A stretch of DNA of 64,000 bases from the human T2T-CHM13v2.0 reference genome, Homo sapiens: NCBI RefSeq assembly GCF_009914755.1, contig NC_060945.1; one strand, 5' to 3'. The position numbers were made by a program, and so were the translations under genes. Of the stretch, positions 21,816 through 34,138 are shown one piece after another (within the stretch, counting starts at the first letter, position 1; each line of letters opens with the position of its first letter). Under the pieces are notes generated by a model that saw only the letters and a list, made by a program, of their open reading frames with translations, was not told the origin of the DNA and did not search any database.

Positions 21816-23589
21816 CAAGCCTGTTTACATATTTATTTTATATTTCTTCACCACATCTACAAAGCAGACCACAATTAGCTTTGTAAAAAAGGAGATATGG
21901 AATCTAAATGTTCCAGGACATAGTTGTGAGAGCTGCAAAGATGAGTCGATTGATTTTGTTCGGGGTCCTCCTTCTTGCTGATGCTGGCTGACCTTGTTTA
22001 CTCAGCCTCCATCCTTGGGCCTGGTCAAAGAGTATTGCCGACTAGCCTGCCTCTTCCTCATCTATACTGTCATAAGACTATCTCTTTTTTGTCCAGGTAC
22101 CCCTGTTGCAGTCTTAAAGGTTGTCTTTCAAAAGTTGAAAGACACAAAACTTGATGTGATCTGGCTGCTCTAACTTGATTCTGTGTTTTTGCAGAAAAAC
22201 CCTCCCCACCATTCTCGTCTCCCGAAAAGCATTCATTAAGGGTTTGAACGGGATGGAAATAATTATTAATCTCACCTATTTGCTCAATGTGTTGCCCAGG
22301 CTGCAACTCAAGTCTATGAATGTCTCATCTGCCCATTCACAGCGATTCGAAAACGAGTTTTAAACAGTAGAACCATTAATTCGGTGACCTTTTAGGCACA
22401 CAACACCAGCCACCTGGAATCTCTCTGTCAGTTCACAGTGTGTATTTATTTTTTTTTTCTTTTTGCTCACAAAGCAGAAAAGTTTGCATGAGCTGGCGGG
22501 AGTGAGTAGGGGTGAACGGAATCAACATTTGTTGAAGTGTTCATATGTGTTTTAATGACATTGTGTAAATTATTCTATGTAACCCTCACAGTATCCTGAA
22601 GGGAAGATAAAAGCATTTTCATTTTACAAATTAAAAGAATGACCTGTGAGGCAGGCTCACTGTGAGCGGTGACTGGCATGCCTGAGTCTGTGGAGGGAGA
22701 GCACACTCCCAGGCATCAACTCACATGACGCAGATTTGATACTTGTGGATAGGCAGCAAGGAACAACAGGAGTTTGTGGGAGCTGCTTCCTCGAGACTCA
22801 GAAAGCTGCCGGGGTGGATGGAGCTTTGACTGTGTGTGCCCCCGTTGTGCTGTAGATGAGGGACCCTGAAAAGCAGCCCACCCTGGGTTTTACACCACGG
22901 GGGAACATGATGCAAGGAGCTCCAGAATTGAAGGACGTCCCGTTTCTAGGGGAGGGTGGGAACAGAGCCTGAGAATTCCAGCCTGCTCACCCTTATCTCA
23001 GAGTGTTGCATTCCCAGGACATCTTCCAAGGCCACCTGGAGAGCTGTCCTGCAGTGACACACCTCAGCTTACCCAGCGTAGAAGTGAGGGGCTCAGATTC
23101 AGCATCCGCAGCTATCCCCAAATGCCGTGATTATTATTCCACCATCCAAGGCTCACAGTGAGTTAACTGTTTTCTTTCTCCTGTCATTCAGGAGCCCAAG
23201 GGTGGTGGCTTCAGCACCCTACGAAATGTGCCAGCAAGGTCTACAGTATCAGCAACTTTACCTCTCCCTCCCAAAGCTTTCTGGAGTGCTTAGTAGAAGA
23301 CAGAGGACTCTAAAGTGTGAATGTGGAATGGAAATCGAGGCCACTGGGAACGGCTGCGTCGAAGAGTAACTTGGGAACGCATAGGGATTCACAGGATAGA
23401 TATTGTCTGGATATCAGGGCGAAATGTTAATTAGGGATCAAAATGTCCTTTTAAATTAGCTATGTTGAAGAGAAAGGAGAAGACCAGGAAACAGAAGAAA
23501 GATATATGTTATGTGGTATTTTGGAATAAATATTTATAGAAAACAATGATCTGTTTGTTTAAAAACTACCGATCTAAAATGCTGCCCTG

Positions 23590-23780
23590 TCTCATCCCTT
23601 CTTCCTGCTTTATTTTCCTTCTCACTGTTTATTCCCTGACATTTTGTAAACTACACTTATTTATCTTGCAAATGTTTCCTACTAGAACGTAAGGCCCATG
23701 AGGGCGGACGTTTTGCCTCATTCTCTTTGGAACAGTGGACACACAGGGACTTACACAAATATCTGTTGAATGAATGAATG
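23590..23780 (+). mobile_element. L2 3' end
   Basis: ACTAGAACGTAAGGCCCATGAGGGC...AAATATCTGTTGAATGAATGAATG tail. Confidence 0.75.
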
Positions 23781-24244
23781 TACGCTTCACATTTGATGAC
23801 TTACTAATGTAATGATGTCTGACCAATAGATAAATCTTTTTCCGTATTAACTGATTGGACATGTTCCTTGAAGCCATCACTGGGGGTCTGCTCTGAAGTT
23901 TATGGATCACTCAGGATGGTGGGCTCAGGGCTCAGGTGGGTCCTAGGTTGCCTTGTTAGTATCAGTCCAAGGTGTCTATCAGAGTTGCTACCAAAAAGAC
24001 GATTTTCCAAGTCTTCAAAAATGAACTGTTAGGGAGGATTATGCTGGATATTTATATCAATTTCTGGACACTTTAAAGCTATGAAGACAGATATGAAAAT
24101 AAAGGTTTTTTTCATTTTAGGGGGCTGAGACAAAAATAGACAATTTGAGGAAAATATAAATGTATCCATAGAGGTCATTGTTAGCACCTTTCAAAAACTT
24201 GTTTTGGTCGCCTAAAAGCATAAAGAATCTACTGTATATGGTAA

Positions 24245-24780
24245 ACCAGTATTCAGGGTCCAGCCAAGAAAACAGAAACAACACTAATTATTTTAGTACA
24301 CAGAGATTTAAATGTGGGAAATTGACTAAATAGAATAAAAAGGGGGAACTGAGGTATTGCAGAGAGTGAAACTGCAGGGGCAGCCACCAGCTGTCTAGGG
24401 CTGAGGAACAAAGGAAAGAAGTTGGGGTTACTAGAATCGAGAAGCTGGAGGCGGGGTCCCCAGAGCTGGGGCTCAGTCCCCCAAGAAGGGGCACTGCCCA
24501 GCTGGTGCTCAGGCCTTTGAGAGGTTCATGGGGAGGGTGTCTCCGGGAGCACAAAAAGAAGCCAGGCATGGGAACTGATGTTATGGCTACTGACCGCTGC
24601 TGCCAGGGTGAAGGGCATTGCTGAGCAGCCTGGGTAGATGACAACGCCAGTAGGAACCGGTCCCTTCTCCCACCACCTGCCTCCCAGGCTCCCTCCGGTG
24701 CTCCTGACCCTGGCAGGACCAACCTGGATGCCGTTGACAAGGAGGGAAGCTTGTCAAGTCCTAATTTCAGCATCTGACCG
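24245..24780 (-). mobile_element. LTR33-like ERVL LTR
   Basis: TCAGGGTCCAGCCAAGAAAACAGAAACAACACTAATTATTT...GAGATTTAAATGTGGGAAATTG; family recalled from memory. Confidence 0.5.
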
Positions 24781-25087
24781 TGACAAATTCAAAGCTGAGA
24801 AACAATAACCAAAGAACCAGAATATATGGTAATCCATTTGTAGCAACATAACTATAGGTTCCTAAAAATCTTTAGGATGTAACTATCATAACTGAGGAAC
24901 TAAGTCTTTTTGGGGACAAGTAGAATGGAGTGGAAAGATAAGATCAGAATGACAAAAATTCAAGGAAACATTAGCATAGGGAGTGTGTGGGATTATTTTT
25001 TTTAAATTTACATTTGGTAAAATAAAATGAAACAGGTTGTAAATTACAAATAATGGAGACCATATAATAACACATTTCTACATATTT

Positions 25088-26480
25088 ATTTTTTTAAACT
25101 TTTTATTTGAGAACAATACTTACAGAAAAGTTGCAATGAAAATACAAAGAACACTTATACACTTTACCCAGATTCACTACGTGTGTTAATATTATACCAA
25201 TTCTTTAATTATTTTTTCTCACACATATATTTATATGTATACTTATATACCTCTACACTTATTTGTATATGCATTTCTTTTTACATATTTGTATGTTTAC
25301 AACATATTATACACATTCTCATATACTCGTATATAACCTGCTGTCTGAGATCTAATTCATCAAATGACCCAATAATATCTTTACTAGGATTTGTTTCCCT
25401 TCAGGACGGGCTCCAGTTAAGATGAGGATTGCAGTTAGCTGTCATGCCTCTTTAGTGTCCTTTATTCTGAAACTTTTTCACAGCATTTCTTCTTACTGTT
25501 ATATTAACCTTGTGAACAATATAACCCTCCCTTTTTAGAAGATGATTCCTCATTTTGGATTTGTCTGCAGTTTTCCCGTGACCAGAAACAGGCTGTGTTC
25601 CTGAATGCGATAGTACCAACGTGACGCTGCGGTAGTACCGACATGATGCTGGGTTGTATTCAGGGCCTCGCAGCTGGGGACGCACAATGTCCCTCATCAG
25701 TGCTGCTGATGTTGTTAAGATGTCAACTTGGTGTCCAGTTTCTCCATGATAAAATTACGTGTTTTCTCTTGCAATCAATAATCTGTGGGAAATATCCTAA
25801 GTTCTGAAAACTATAAAAATATCCCATGCTTCATCAAGATTTCCCCTGAAATTTGGCATCCACTGATGCTTCTTACCTGAACTAAGGCTTACTGTGATGA
25901 GTGAAAAACCATGATTCTCTCACTCCCATCTTTTCTCCATGTTTAGCAGGTCAACACCTGGTGCTCCAGTGTGAGCAAGAGCCCCCCTCCTTCCTCCTAC
26001 TTTCTCCATGTTTAGCAGGTCAACACCTGGTGCTCCAGTGTGAACAAGAGCCCCCCTCCTTCCTCCTACTTTCTCCATGTTTAGCAGGTCAACACCTGGT
26101 GCTCCAGTGTGAGCAAGAGCCCCCCTCCTTCCTCCTACTAAGGTATGTCTTCGTTTAATGCTCTTTATTATCCGTAAAAGCACATGGATTCTTAATTGTT
26201 CAATGGGTAATTTAGTATGTTTTTTAGTTCTCTTGGTGCTCAAACTGTCCCAAATTTAGCCAGCATAAGTCCCTTCAAATTTCTCCCCGTAGTTTTACAA
26301 AATGCCCCATCAATCCTTTGAACACTTCCTTAATATATGGCATAGAAAGGTATTCCAGGCTCGTCTTGCAGTTTTCCTGTCCCAGCCCTGGAATTGGCTA
26401 TTTCTCTCAGAAGCCCTGGTTCCTTTTAGTGGGGAAGAGTATTGACGATCTGGGTCTCAGATGTGCTTACTGCTGTTGGG
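25088..26480 (-). mobile_element. L1MC-like 3' region fragments (antisense)
   Basis: TTTTATTTG...TTACAGAAAAGTTGCAA...TACAAAGAAC...TTTACCCAGATTCAC; TCCAGGCTCGTCTTG...CCCAGCCCTGGAATTGGCTATTTCTC..AGAAGCCCTGGTTCCTTTTAGTGG. Confidence 0.65.
25932..26138. repeat. 69-bp tandem repeat x3 (near-perfect)
   Basis: TTTCTCCATGTTTAGCAGGTCAACACCTGGTGCTCCAGTGTGARCAAGAGCCCCCCTCCTTCCTCCTAC at 25932, 26001 and 26070. Confidence 0.97.
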
Positions 26481-26980
26481 GTATCTTTGCTTATAGGTAT
26501 AGTCAGAGAAGTGTCCCCCTCCTGCATTACTTCTACTCTGTTCTCTCTACCCTCCTAGATAACCAACTAGATTGTTTGCTGTTTTTTTAATCTTATGTTT
26601 CTTTTTGCAAAACTATACACCTGTGTGTTTTTATCTTACATATATTTTTCTTACATGAAGGTAGCATATGCTTTCATGCATTTTCCTTTTATCCTTTAAT
26701 AATAGCTCTTGGAAACTGCTCTACTTCCTTTTGCAGAGATCAACCTCATTCATTTTTATAGTTTCGAAATACTCCATTGTGTGTATGTACTGTAGTTTAT
26801 TCAGCCAATCGTCTATGCTTGGACACTTCAGTAATTCCAAACGATTGCAGTAAAAGTCATGCTACAAGTTACGCCCTCATGCATGTGTACTTTAGCGTGG
26901 TTGGAAGAGGTTTTTCCAGGGAATTTCCCAGAAGTGGGGTTGCTAGAATGAGGGTAAATGGAAATGCAATATTGCTTTCT

Positions 26981-27277
26981 AGCCAGGCACAATGGCTCAT
27001 GCCTGTAATCCCACCACTTTGGAGGGCCAAGGCGGGCTAATCACTTGAGGTTAGGAGTTCGAGACCAACGTGGCCAACATGGTGAAACCCCGTCTCTACT
27101 AAAAATACAAAAAAATTTAGCCAGGCGCAGTGGCGGGCTCCTGTAATCCCAGTTAGTTACTCACAAGGCTGAGACAGCAGAATGGCTTGAATCCGAGAGG
27201 CAGAAGGGAGCTGAGATCGCGCCACTGCACTCCAGCGCAGGCAACAAGAGCAAAACTCCATGTAAAAAAATAAAATA
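26981..27277 (+). mobile_element. AluS (Sq/Sp-like) inserted in an old L1M
   Basis: Full dimer; 3' end GCAACAAGAGCAAAACTCC. Confidence 0.9.
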
Positions 27278-27418
27278 CATATAATATATATATGTGTATA
27301 TATGTGTATATATACACATGTATATATGTATATATGTATACATAAGTATATATGTATATGTGTATATATGCATATGTGTGTTTATATGTATGTATATATG
27401 TATGTGTGTATATATGTA

Positions 27419-27460
<42 letters not shown>
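27278..27460. repeat. Compound (TA/TATG)n-(TG)n microsatellite from the Alu tail
   Basis: Degenerate TATATG repeats followed by a pure (TG)n run at ~27421-27458. Confidence 0.9.
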
Positions 27461-27462
<2 letters not shown>

Positions 27463-27939
27463 CTTTCCTTCATAGGGACTGTATCGTTTTGCATTCCCAC
27501 CAAGAGTGCGTGAGTGGACTTTTCCCCCTACAGTTTCACTAGTTGTATGCACTGTCAAACGATTTTTTTGCTCATCTGATGGGTAAGAGCCTGTATCGCA
27601 GTGTAGCTTTAATGTTCAGTTATCTTATTATGAGGGAACTTGAAAAATCTTTCCATATACTTTCAGGTTCTTTTATATGTCTGGTTGTAAATTGCCTTTT
27701 CCTATCTTTTGTTCATTCATATAGAAGTGCTGTTCATTTCCCTCTATTTTTAAAAATATTTTTTAAAAAGAGGATTAACATTTCCTCCTTTTGGAATTTA
27801 GGTTACCAATGTTTTGTTATAGTTTATTTGTCTTTCAACTTTGCCCTGTACAACATTTTATTGTTAAATAATCAGTTACCAGTGCTTATCACATCTGGAT
27901 TTGAGTAAGAGTCAGAAGATCTCCCCTAGACCCAGGTTA

Positions 27940-28088
27940 AGAGGTACAGAGTTTCTGTCTGGGATGATGATAAAGTTCTGGAAACAGGTAGTGGTGGCAG
28001 TTGTAAACACTGTGAATGTACTTAATGACACTGAATTGCACGCTTAAAAATGATTAAAATGGTAAAGTTTATGTTATATGCATTTTTT
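27940..28088 (+). mobile_element. L1MB-like 3' end
   Basis: TACAGAGTTTCTGTCTGGGATGATGATAAAGTTCTGGAAA...GTGAATGTACTTAATG.CACTGAATTG..CGCTTAAAAATG.TTAAAATGGTAAA. Confidence 0.8.
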
Positions 28089-30055
28089 AAAAGGTTAAAT
28101 TCAACTTTTTTTGGTACTTGTATAATTTTGTTACATTTAGACCTTTGACACTTGGGATGATATTCTTTTGAATGGTGTAAGGAACTGATCTAATTATGTA
28201 TTTTTCTAAATTACTATTCAGTTGCCTCAACTTTATTTAGTGAAAAGACCATCTTTGCTGCAGTAATTTGAGTACAACCATTAGAGTATATCAGATTTCC
28301 ATTGGAGATGGATCTATTTCTTGATTTTCTATTCTATCCCATTGGCCTTTTCATACACTAATTCCACACTAATTTAGTTTTACAGGCTTTACAGTGTATT
28401 TTGATGAGGCAAAATCTAGTTTCTATTCAAAACATCTCCTTTTCTCCTATTTTTATTCTGAGTTTAATCAACAAAATTAAATACAGATATACTACATATA
28501 TATAAATATTTATCTTTTTTCTGTTCTTATTTTTGTATTTATGGCTCACAGTGGCCTTTGTCTTTCCAAATGCTTCTTTGAGGATATTTAATTCACTTTG
28601 GAGTGTTGTGTTACAGATTTATTGTTTGTGTGCATGTATTTTTTAAATTGGGTAACAGCAAAAATGGTTTGCTTTACCTTAATTGTTTTAGGGTAGTTCC
28701 ATTTGGGTGTGGTTTGTTTTTCCTCTTTGTATCCATTTTGCATAGATTTCAGTATGAACTTTTCTATTGGTTCTGCCCCCTGAATGTGCTGTTTTCTTAT
28801 TGGACAATTGTGGAGAAGGATTAGTGCTTTTGTTTTGCTTTTGTCTCTGCAGGATACTCAGGTTTCACTTTTTTATTCTGTCCCTCAGGGCCTCCCTTCC
28901 CAGGGGTGCCCCTCTTTTCCTTATGTCTGACTCTCCCGTAGGTGAAACATGGGGCTTACCGCTTTTGGTCCTGCACATTTACAAGCCTCTTCCCTGCCTC
29001 CAGTCCCGTGAAGTATCTGTACCCTGCATCTCCTTCTGAGGTGAGATTGTCTGTGCTTTGTCTGAGTGCATCACTTCACTCTATTTTTTTTTTTCATGGA
29101 ATCTTGTGGCATTGGGTGGGCAGTGGGAGCTCCAGTGGAATTAAAGGTAATATGAAGATCACAGCCCTTGGTTTCTCAGTTATGTGGAGGGTGTGGATTA
29201 CGAATATGGTTGCCCTTCTCGTGGATTTTATTATTTGTTCTTGGGAGGGATAGTGAAAATCAGGCTATTGCCACATTTTTTCCTGTTACAAATCCATAAG
29301 TTTGATTCACATTTACTTTTATTCTCAAGGTGACTTTATGATAATGATCAGAGGTTGTATGAGTGTTGAGGGAGCAGGAAGGGAAATTTGTGGACTATTA
29401 CTGGGAAAGTTAACTCTCTGTAACCTCTTCCTCCGGCAGCACATGGATCTCACTCCCTAGGCTGGCTGGGGTGCAGTGTTGGAGTTTCACGCACATGCAG
29501 GGTCTTATACTCAAGATCCATAGAATCTAAGCACACAGCATTGCAAGGGGATCCCATGCTCCTGAACATGCTTTCTAGGTTCTTTCCAAGAAAGGACGCT
29601 AGTAACATCGTATTGGAACCTTTTCATATCTTTACAAACTTGTAGCAAATCAACCAAACTTTATTGGAAGGCCTATTGTTTCTGTACACATTCAAAGTAG
29701 TTCCTTAAAGTGTTTAGTGTTTTTTACCAGTTTATTTTCATGAATCTTTTTTTAAACACACGTCTTAAGGATCATACCGTGTTTTTTGATGCTGCAGTTT
29801 TCCGTCTATCTAATTAGAGGACTCTTTCCAATACTCTCCCTGGTTCTGCATTTCCTCAGCCGCCATGAGCACATTCTATTCTATGGTCATTGGATCGGCA
29901 TTTTAAATCCTGTTTGGCAGAAAGAGAGTTTCATGTTTAGGTCCAAGATGTAATGGGTCTCTCTAAAGGACAGCATGACATTTCCTGCGTAAAACAACTA
30001 AAATCCAGAATTCACTTCCTGGTCAATATCGTGGGGACTACCTAAGCAGCATGTG

Positions 30056-30057
<2 letters not shown>

Positions 30058-30091
<34 letters not shown>

Positions 30092-30100
30092 ACACACACA
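30058..30100. repeat. (CA)n microsatellite
   Basis: About 21 CA units with one interruption. Confidence 0.95.
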
Positions 30101-30124
30101 ACAGAAAAGTGAGTGATAATCGAT

Positions 30125-30370
30125 TTTAAGGACTAACTCTGGAGCCAGACTAACTGGGCTCTGATTACAGCTATGATTACAGCTCTGGTGGTAACTAGCT
30201 TTACGATCTTGGGCACATTATTTAACCTCTTGTCCCTCAGTTGCTTCATCTGTAAAACCGAGATAACAATTGCAATTATCTCATAAAATTATTGGAAGGA
30301 GTTAATGAATTAGTATCAGTAAAGTGATTGGAACAATTCCTGGCATATAATAAGCCCCACATATATGCTA
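30125..30370 (+). mobile_element. MIR
   Basis: ACTCTGGAGCCAGAC...TCTTGGGCACATTATTTAACCTCT...CCTCAGTTGCTTCATCTGTAAAA...CCTGGCATATAATAAG. Confidence 0.8.
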
Positions 30371-30780
30371 TATAAATGCTAGTTAAATGACTAGTTAAAC
30401 ACACAATGAAATGTAATAAAAGAAAATAAAATTAAAGATAATATATTACCAGTTGGGTAGATGGCAACAGAGAGAATGAAGACAGAGATGAATAATCAGA
30501 GATCTCTTCAACCTGGAGAGATATTCCATTATACGACATGGTGGCAACTTGAGTGGATTAATATGTATATGTGTGTATATATATATATATATAATTCCCA
30601 CATTTAAGAAAAAAAGGGATTAAAACAGAAATCTGTACCCATTCGAATTTTGCATAAAGAGAACCATGATGAGAAGGAATTACTGTACTTTGGTGTGCTC
30701 ATAAAATTACTATATATTTATAATCATTTTTAAAAATATGGACTTTAGATGACAATTTCTTAATATTGCACCTGTACAGA

Positions 30781-30970
30781 GACATTTGGAGAAACAAATT
30801 AAACCTTTATAGATAACCTTAAATATCTGAATATGTATAGAGTTGAATGATGGGACAATTGAGGGAAGGGGTAGACAGACATTAGGAAAAACAAATTAAA
30901 CCTTTATAGATAACCTTAAATATCTGAATACATGTCTAGTTGAATGATGGGACAGTGGAGGAAGTGTAGT
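30781..30970. repeat. 97-bp tandem duplication
   Basis: GACATT.GGA.AAACAAATTAAACCTTTATAGATAACCTTAAATATCTGAATA...GTTGAATGATGGGACA starts at 30781 and 30878. Confidence 0.9.
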
Positions 30971-31424
30971 GAATGATGGGACAGTAGGAATGTGTGTAGT
31001 GAGCACAGTTTGAATGATGGACAATGGAAGGAAGGGGTGTAGTGAGCATAGTCAGTTGGAATGATAGACAATGGAAGGAAGGGTGTAGTAAGCATAGTCA
31101 GTTTGAATGATGGACAATGATAGGAAGGCTGTAGCGAGCATAGTCAGTTTGAATGATAGACAATAGAAGGAAGGGTGTAGTGAGCATAGTCAGTTTGAAT
31201 GATGGACAATGATAGGAAGGGTGTAGTGAGCATAGTCAGTTTGAATGATGGACAATGGAGGGAAGGGGTGTAGTGAGCATAGTTTGAATGATGGACAATG
31301 GAAGGAAGGGTGTAGTGAGCATAGTCAGTTTGGATGATGGACAATGGAAGGAAGGGTGTAGTGAGCATAGTCAGTTTGAATGATGGACAATGGAAGGAAG
31401 GGTGTAGTAAGCATAGTCAGTTTG
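30971..31424. repeat. ~46-bp minisatellite, ~9-10 copies
   Basis: GTTTGAATGATGGACAATGGAAGGAAGGGTGTAGTGAGCATAGTCA repeated. Confidence 0.95.
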
Positions 31425-32831
31425 CATTTGAAAGTGATGCTGAAGTCCTCGTCATTGGGATGCCAGGGGGTCTAGGTCACAGAACATACAGAAACGTTTG
31501 TGTGTAAGTGTTGTGTGCATTTGCACATTTTTCATGGGGAAAAGTCCATCTGATGATCAAAAAAGTGTGTGTCCCGGCAAAGGTGCAGAAATTATTATCA
31601 TTTGATTTTCTGGTTAATAGTATGTTAAAGTATTTTAAAGACAATCGACTACTCATCATTTCAATAAGAGAAAATCTAAAAATTACCCATCTTGTATGAA
31701 ACAAAGAAAAGAATCAGAGAAATTAAATATACACTTACTATTCCTTAAATGTTATTTTTCTTCCTTTTATTTCTCTTCTATATTCACTGTTGCGGCATTA
31801 TATTGATTTTTGTTTTCTTTTTGTAATTTGGAAAGCAGCTATGTTCACTATTATATAAACAATGCTTGAGAGTTTTCTTATGTTGCTATTAAAGTTTGTG
31901 TTCAGGTAAATTACATTATCTAATGATTTCATTTCAAGGTAAAACACAAACAGTTTTATGTCTTAAAGAGGGCCTTGGTCTGATAGGAATGAGAACCACT
32001 CTGCCATGCCCTATGCGAACAATTCTAATTGGGTAAAATCTAATACTTTGCAAACTGTCCCAAGAGAGCTTACTGATTTTAGGGCAGAAGAAAAAGTTTC
32101 TATGTAGAACTCTATGTTTGAGAGGAGGAGAGGGGCTACAGCTAAGTATAGAGAAAAAAACAAGGTTCCATAATCAAGAAAGAAAAAGGTGGAATCTGAG
32201 TCTGTCTTTTTCGTCTTTACCTCTGTGTGTGTATGTTCTATACCATCATGTCTCATTTTTCTTTATGTCTTAAAGGGCAATGTGTGCACACAGCAGGCAT
32301 ATATGTGTTAATTGATTCATACTCCACACAATCCCCATTTCTCTTGTTCTTATCCCACCCACAATGGAGTTCAATAGAGCTAACAGTGGAAAAGATAATG
32401 AGTGGGTCTAAATTTAATCCCCTTTTGTTTAAGCTAATCTCCCTCTCTAATTAATGGCTGTTCATACCATTATTGCTCACGAATCTGGCGAAAGTTCTCT
32501 GCATCGGCGCAGGAAGCACTCTGTGAAATCATGTTGTCAAAGGGAACAGCATAGTCCAGTTCCCATTGCATCCTTGGTGACTTTTGGCCTAATGAAAAAG
32601 GTGTGTGGAACATGGAAACCAGAAGGAGCCCTCTGCTGTTAGTGCAGAGCTCCTGCTCCTGGGTTGCATTCTAGCTTTCGTCACACATTTTAAAATCCAA
32701 ATGTAAGAATGATGTACCTTTGAAAAGACAGTGGGTTACAATGAGGGACTGAAGGAGTGGGCAGGGTCAAGTAGGGAGGGAAGAGAGAGAAGGCACAAGA
32801 GGAGCTGTGAGGAAATATCTCCCAGCCTCCA

Positions 32832-34138
32832 CCCTCACCCTCCCTGAGCTTCCGCAGGGCTGAGGCTTCCTCTGCTGAGCTCGCGCCCTCACCCTCCCTG
32901 AGCTTCCGCTTCCGCAGAGCTGAGGCTTCCTCTGCTGAGCTTGTGCCCTCACCCTCTCCGAGCTTCCGCAGGGCTGAGGCTTCCTCTGCTGAGCTCGCGC
33001 CCTCGCCTTCCCTGAGCTTCGACAGGGCTGAGACTTCCTCTGCTGAGCTTGCACCCTCGCCCTCCGTGAGCTTCCGCAGGGCTGAGGCTTCCTCTGCTAA
33101 GCTGGCGCCCTCGCCCTCCCTGACCTTCCGCTTCGGCAAGATTGAGGCTTCCTCTGCTCAGCTTGCGCCCTCCCCCTCCCGGAGTTTGGACAGGACTGAC
33201 GCTTCCTCCGCTGAGCTTGCGCCCTCACCCTCCCTGAGCTTCCGCTTCCGCAGGGCTGAGGCTCCGTCTGCTGAGCTTGCACCCTCACCCTCCCTGAGCT
33301 TCCGCTTCCGCTTCCGCAGGACTGAGGCTTCCTCTGCTGAGCTTGTGCCTTCACCTTCCCTGAGCTTCCGCTTTGGCAGGGCTGAGGCTTCCTCTGCTGA
33401 GCTTGTGCCCTTACCCTCCGTGAGCTTCCGCAGGGCTGAGGGCTCCTCCACGGGGCTGAGGGTTCCTCCGCTGAGCTTGCGCCTTCATCCTCCGTGAGCT
33501 TCCGCAGGGCTGAGAGTTCCTCTGCTGAGCTTGCGCCCTCACCCTCCCTGAGCTTCTGAAGGGCTGAGGCTTCCTCTGCTGAGCTTGCGCCCTCACCCTC
33601 CCTGAGCTTCTGAAGGGCTGAGGCTTCCTCTGCTGAGCTCGCCCCCTCACCCTCCCTGAGCTTCCGCTTCCCCAGGGCTGCGGCTTCCTCTGCTGAGCTC
33701 GCACCCTCACCCTCCCTGAGCTTCCGCAGGGCTGAAGCCTCCTCTGCTGAGCTCGCGCCCTCACCCTCCCTGAGCTTCGGCGGGGCTGAGGCCACCTCTG
33801 CTGAGCTCGCGCCCTCATCCTCCCTGAGCTTTGGCGGGGCTGAGGCCTCCTCTGCTGAGCTCGCGCCCTTACCCTCCCTGAGCTTTGGCGGGGCTGAGGC
33901 TTCCTCTGCTGAGCTCGCGCCCTCACCCTCCCTGAGCTTCGGCGGGGCTGAGGGCCTCCTCTGCTGAGCTCGCGCCCTCACCCTCCCTGAGCTTCCGCAG
34001 GGTTGAGGCCTCCTCTGCTGAGCTCGCGCCCTCACCCTCCCTGAGCTTCGGGGGGGCTGAGGGCCTCCTCTGCTGAGCTCGCGCCCTCACCCTCCCTGAG
34101 CTTCCGCAGGGCTGAGGCTTCCTCTGCTGAGCTTGCGC
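32832..34138. repeat. GC/CpG-rich 54-bp VNTR, ~24 copies (53/60/66-bp variants)
   Basis: CCTCACCCTCCCTGAGCTTCCGCAGGGCTGAGGCTTCCTCTGCTGAGCTCGCGC repeated; some units carry extra TTCCGC hexamers. Confidence 0.98.

Noticed and set aside
23210-23218. TTCAGCACC, a REST RE1 left half-site
   Set aside because: The right half GGACAG is missing at the canonical spacing.
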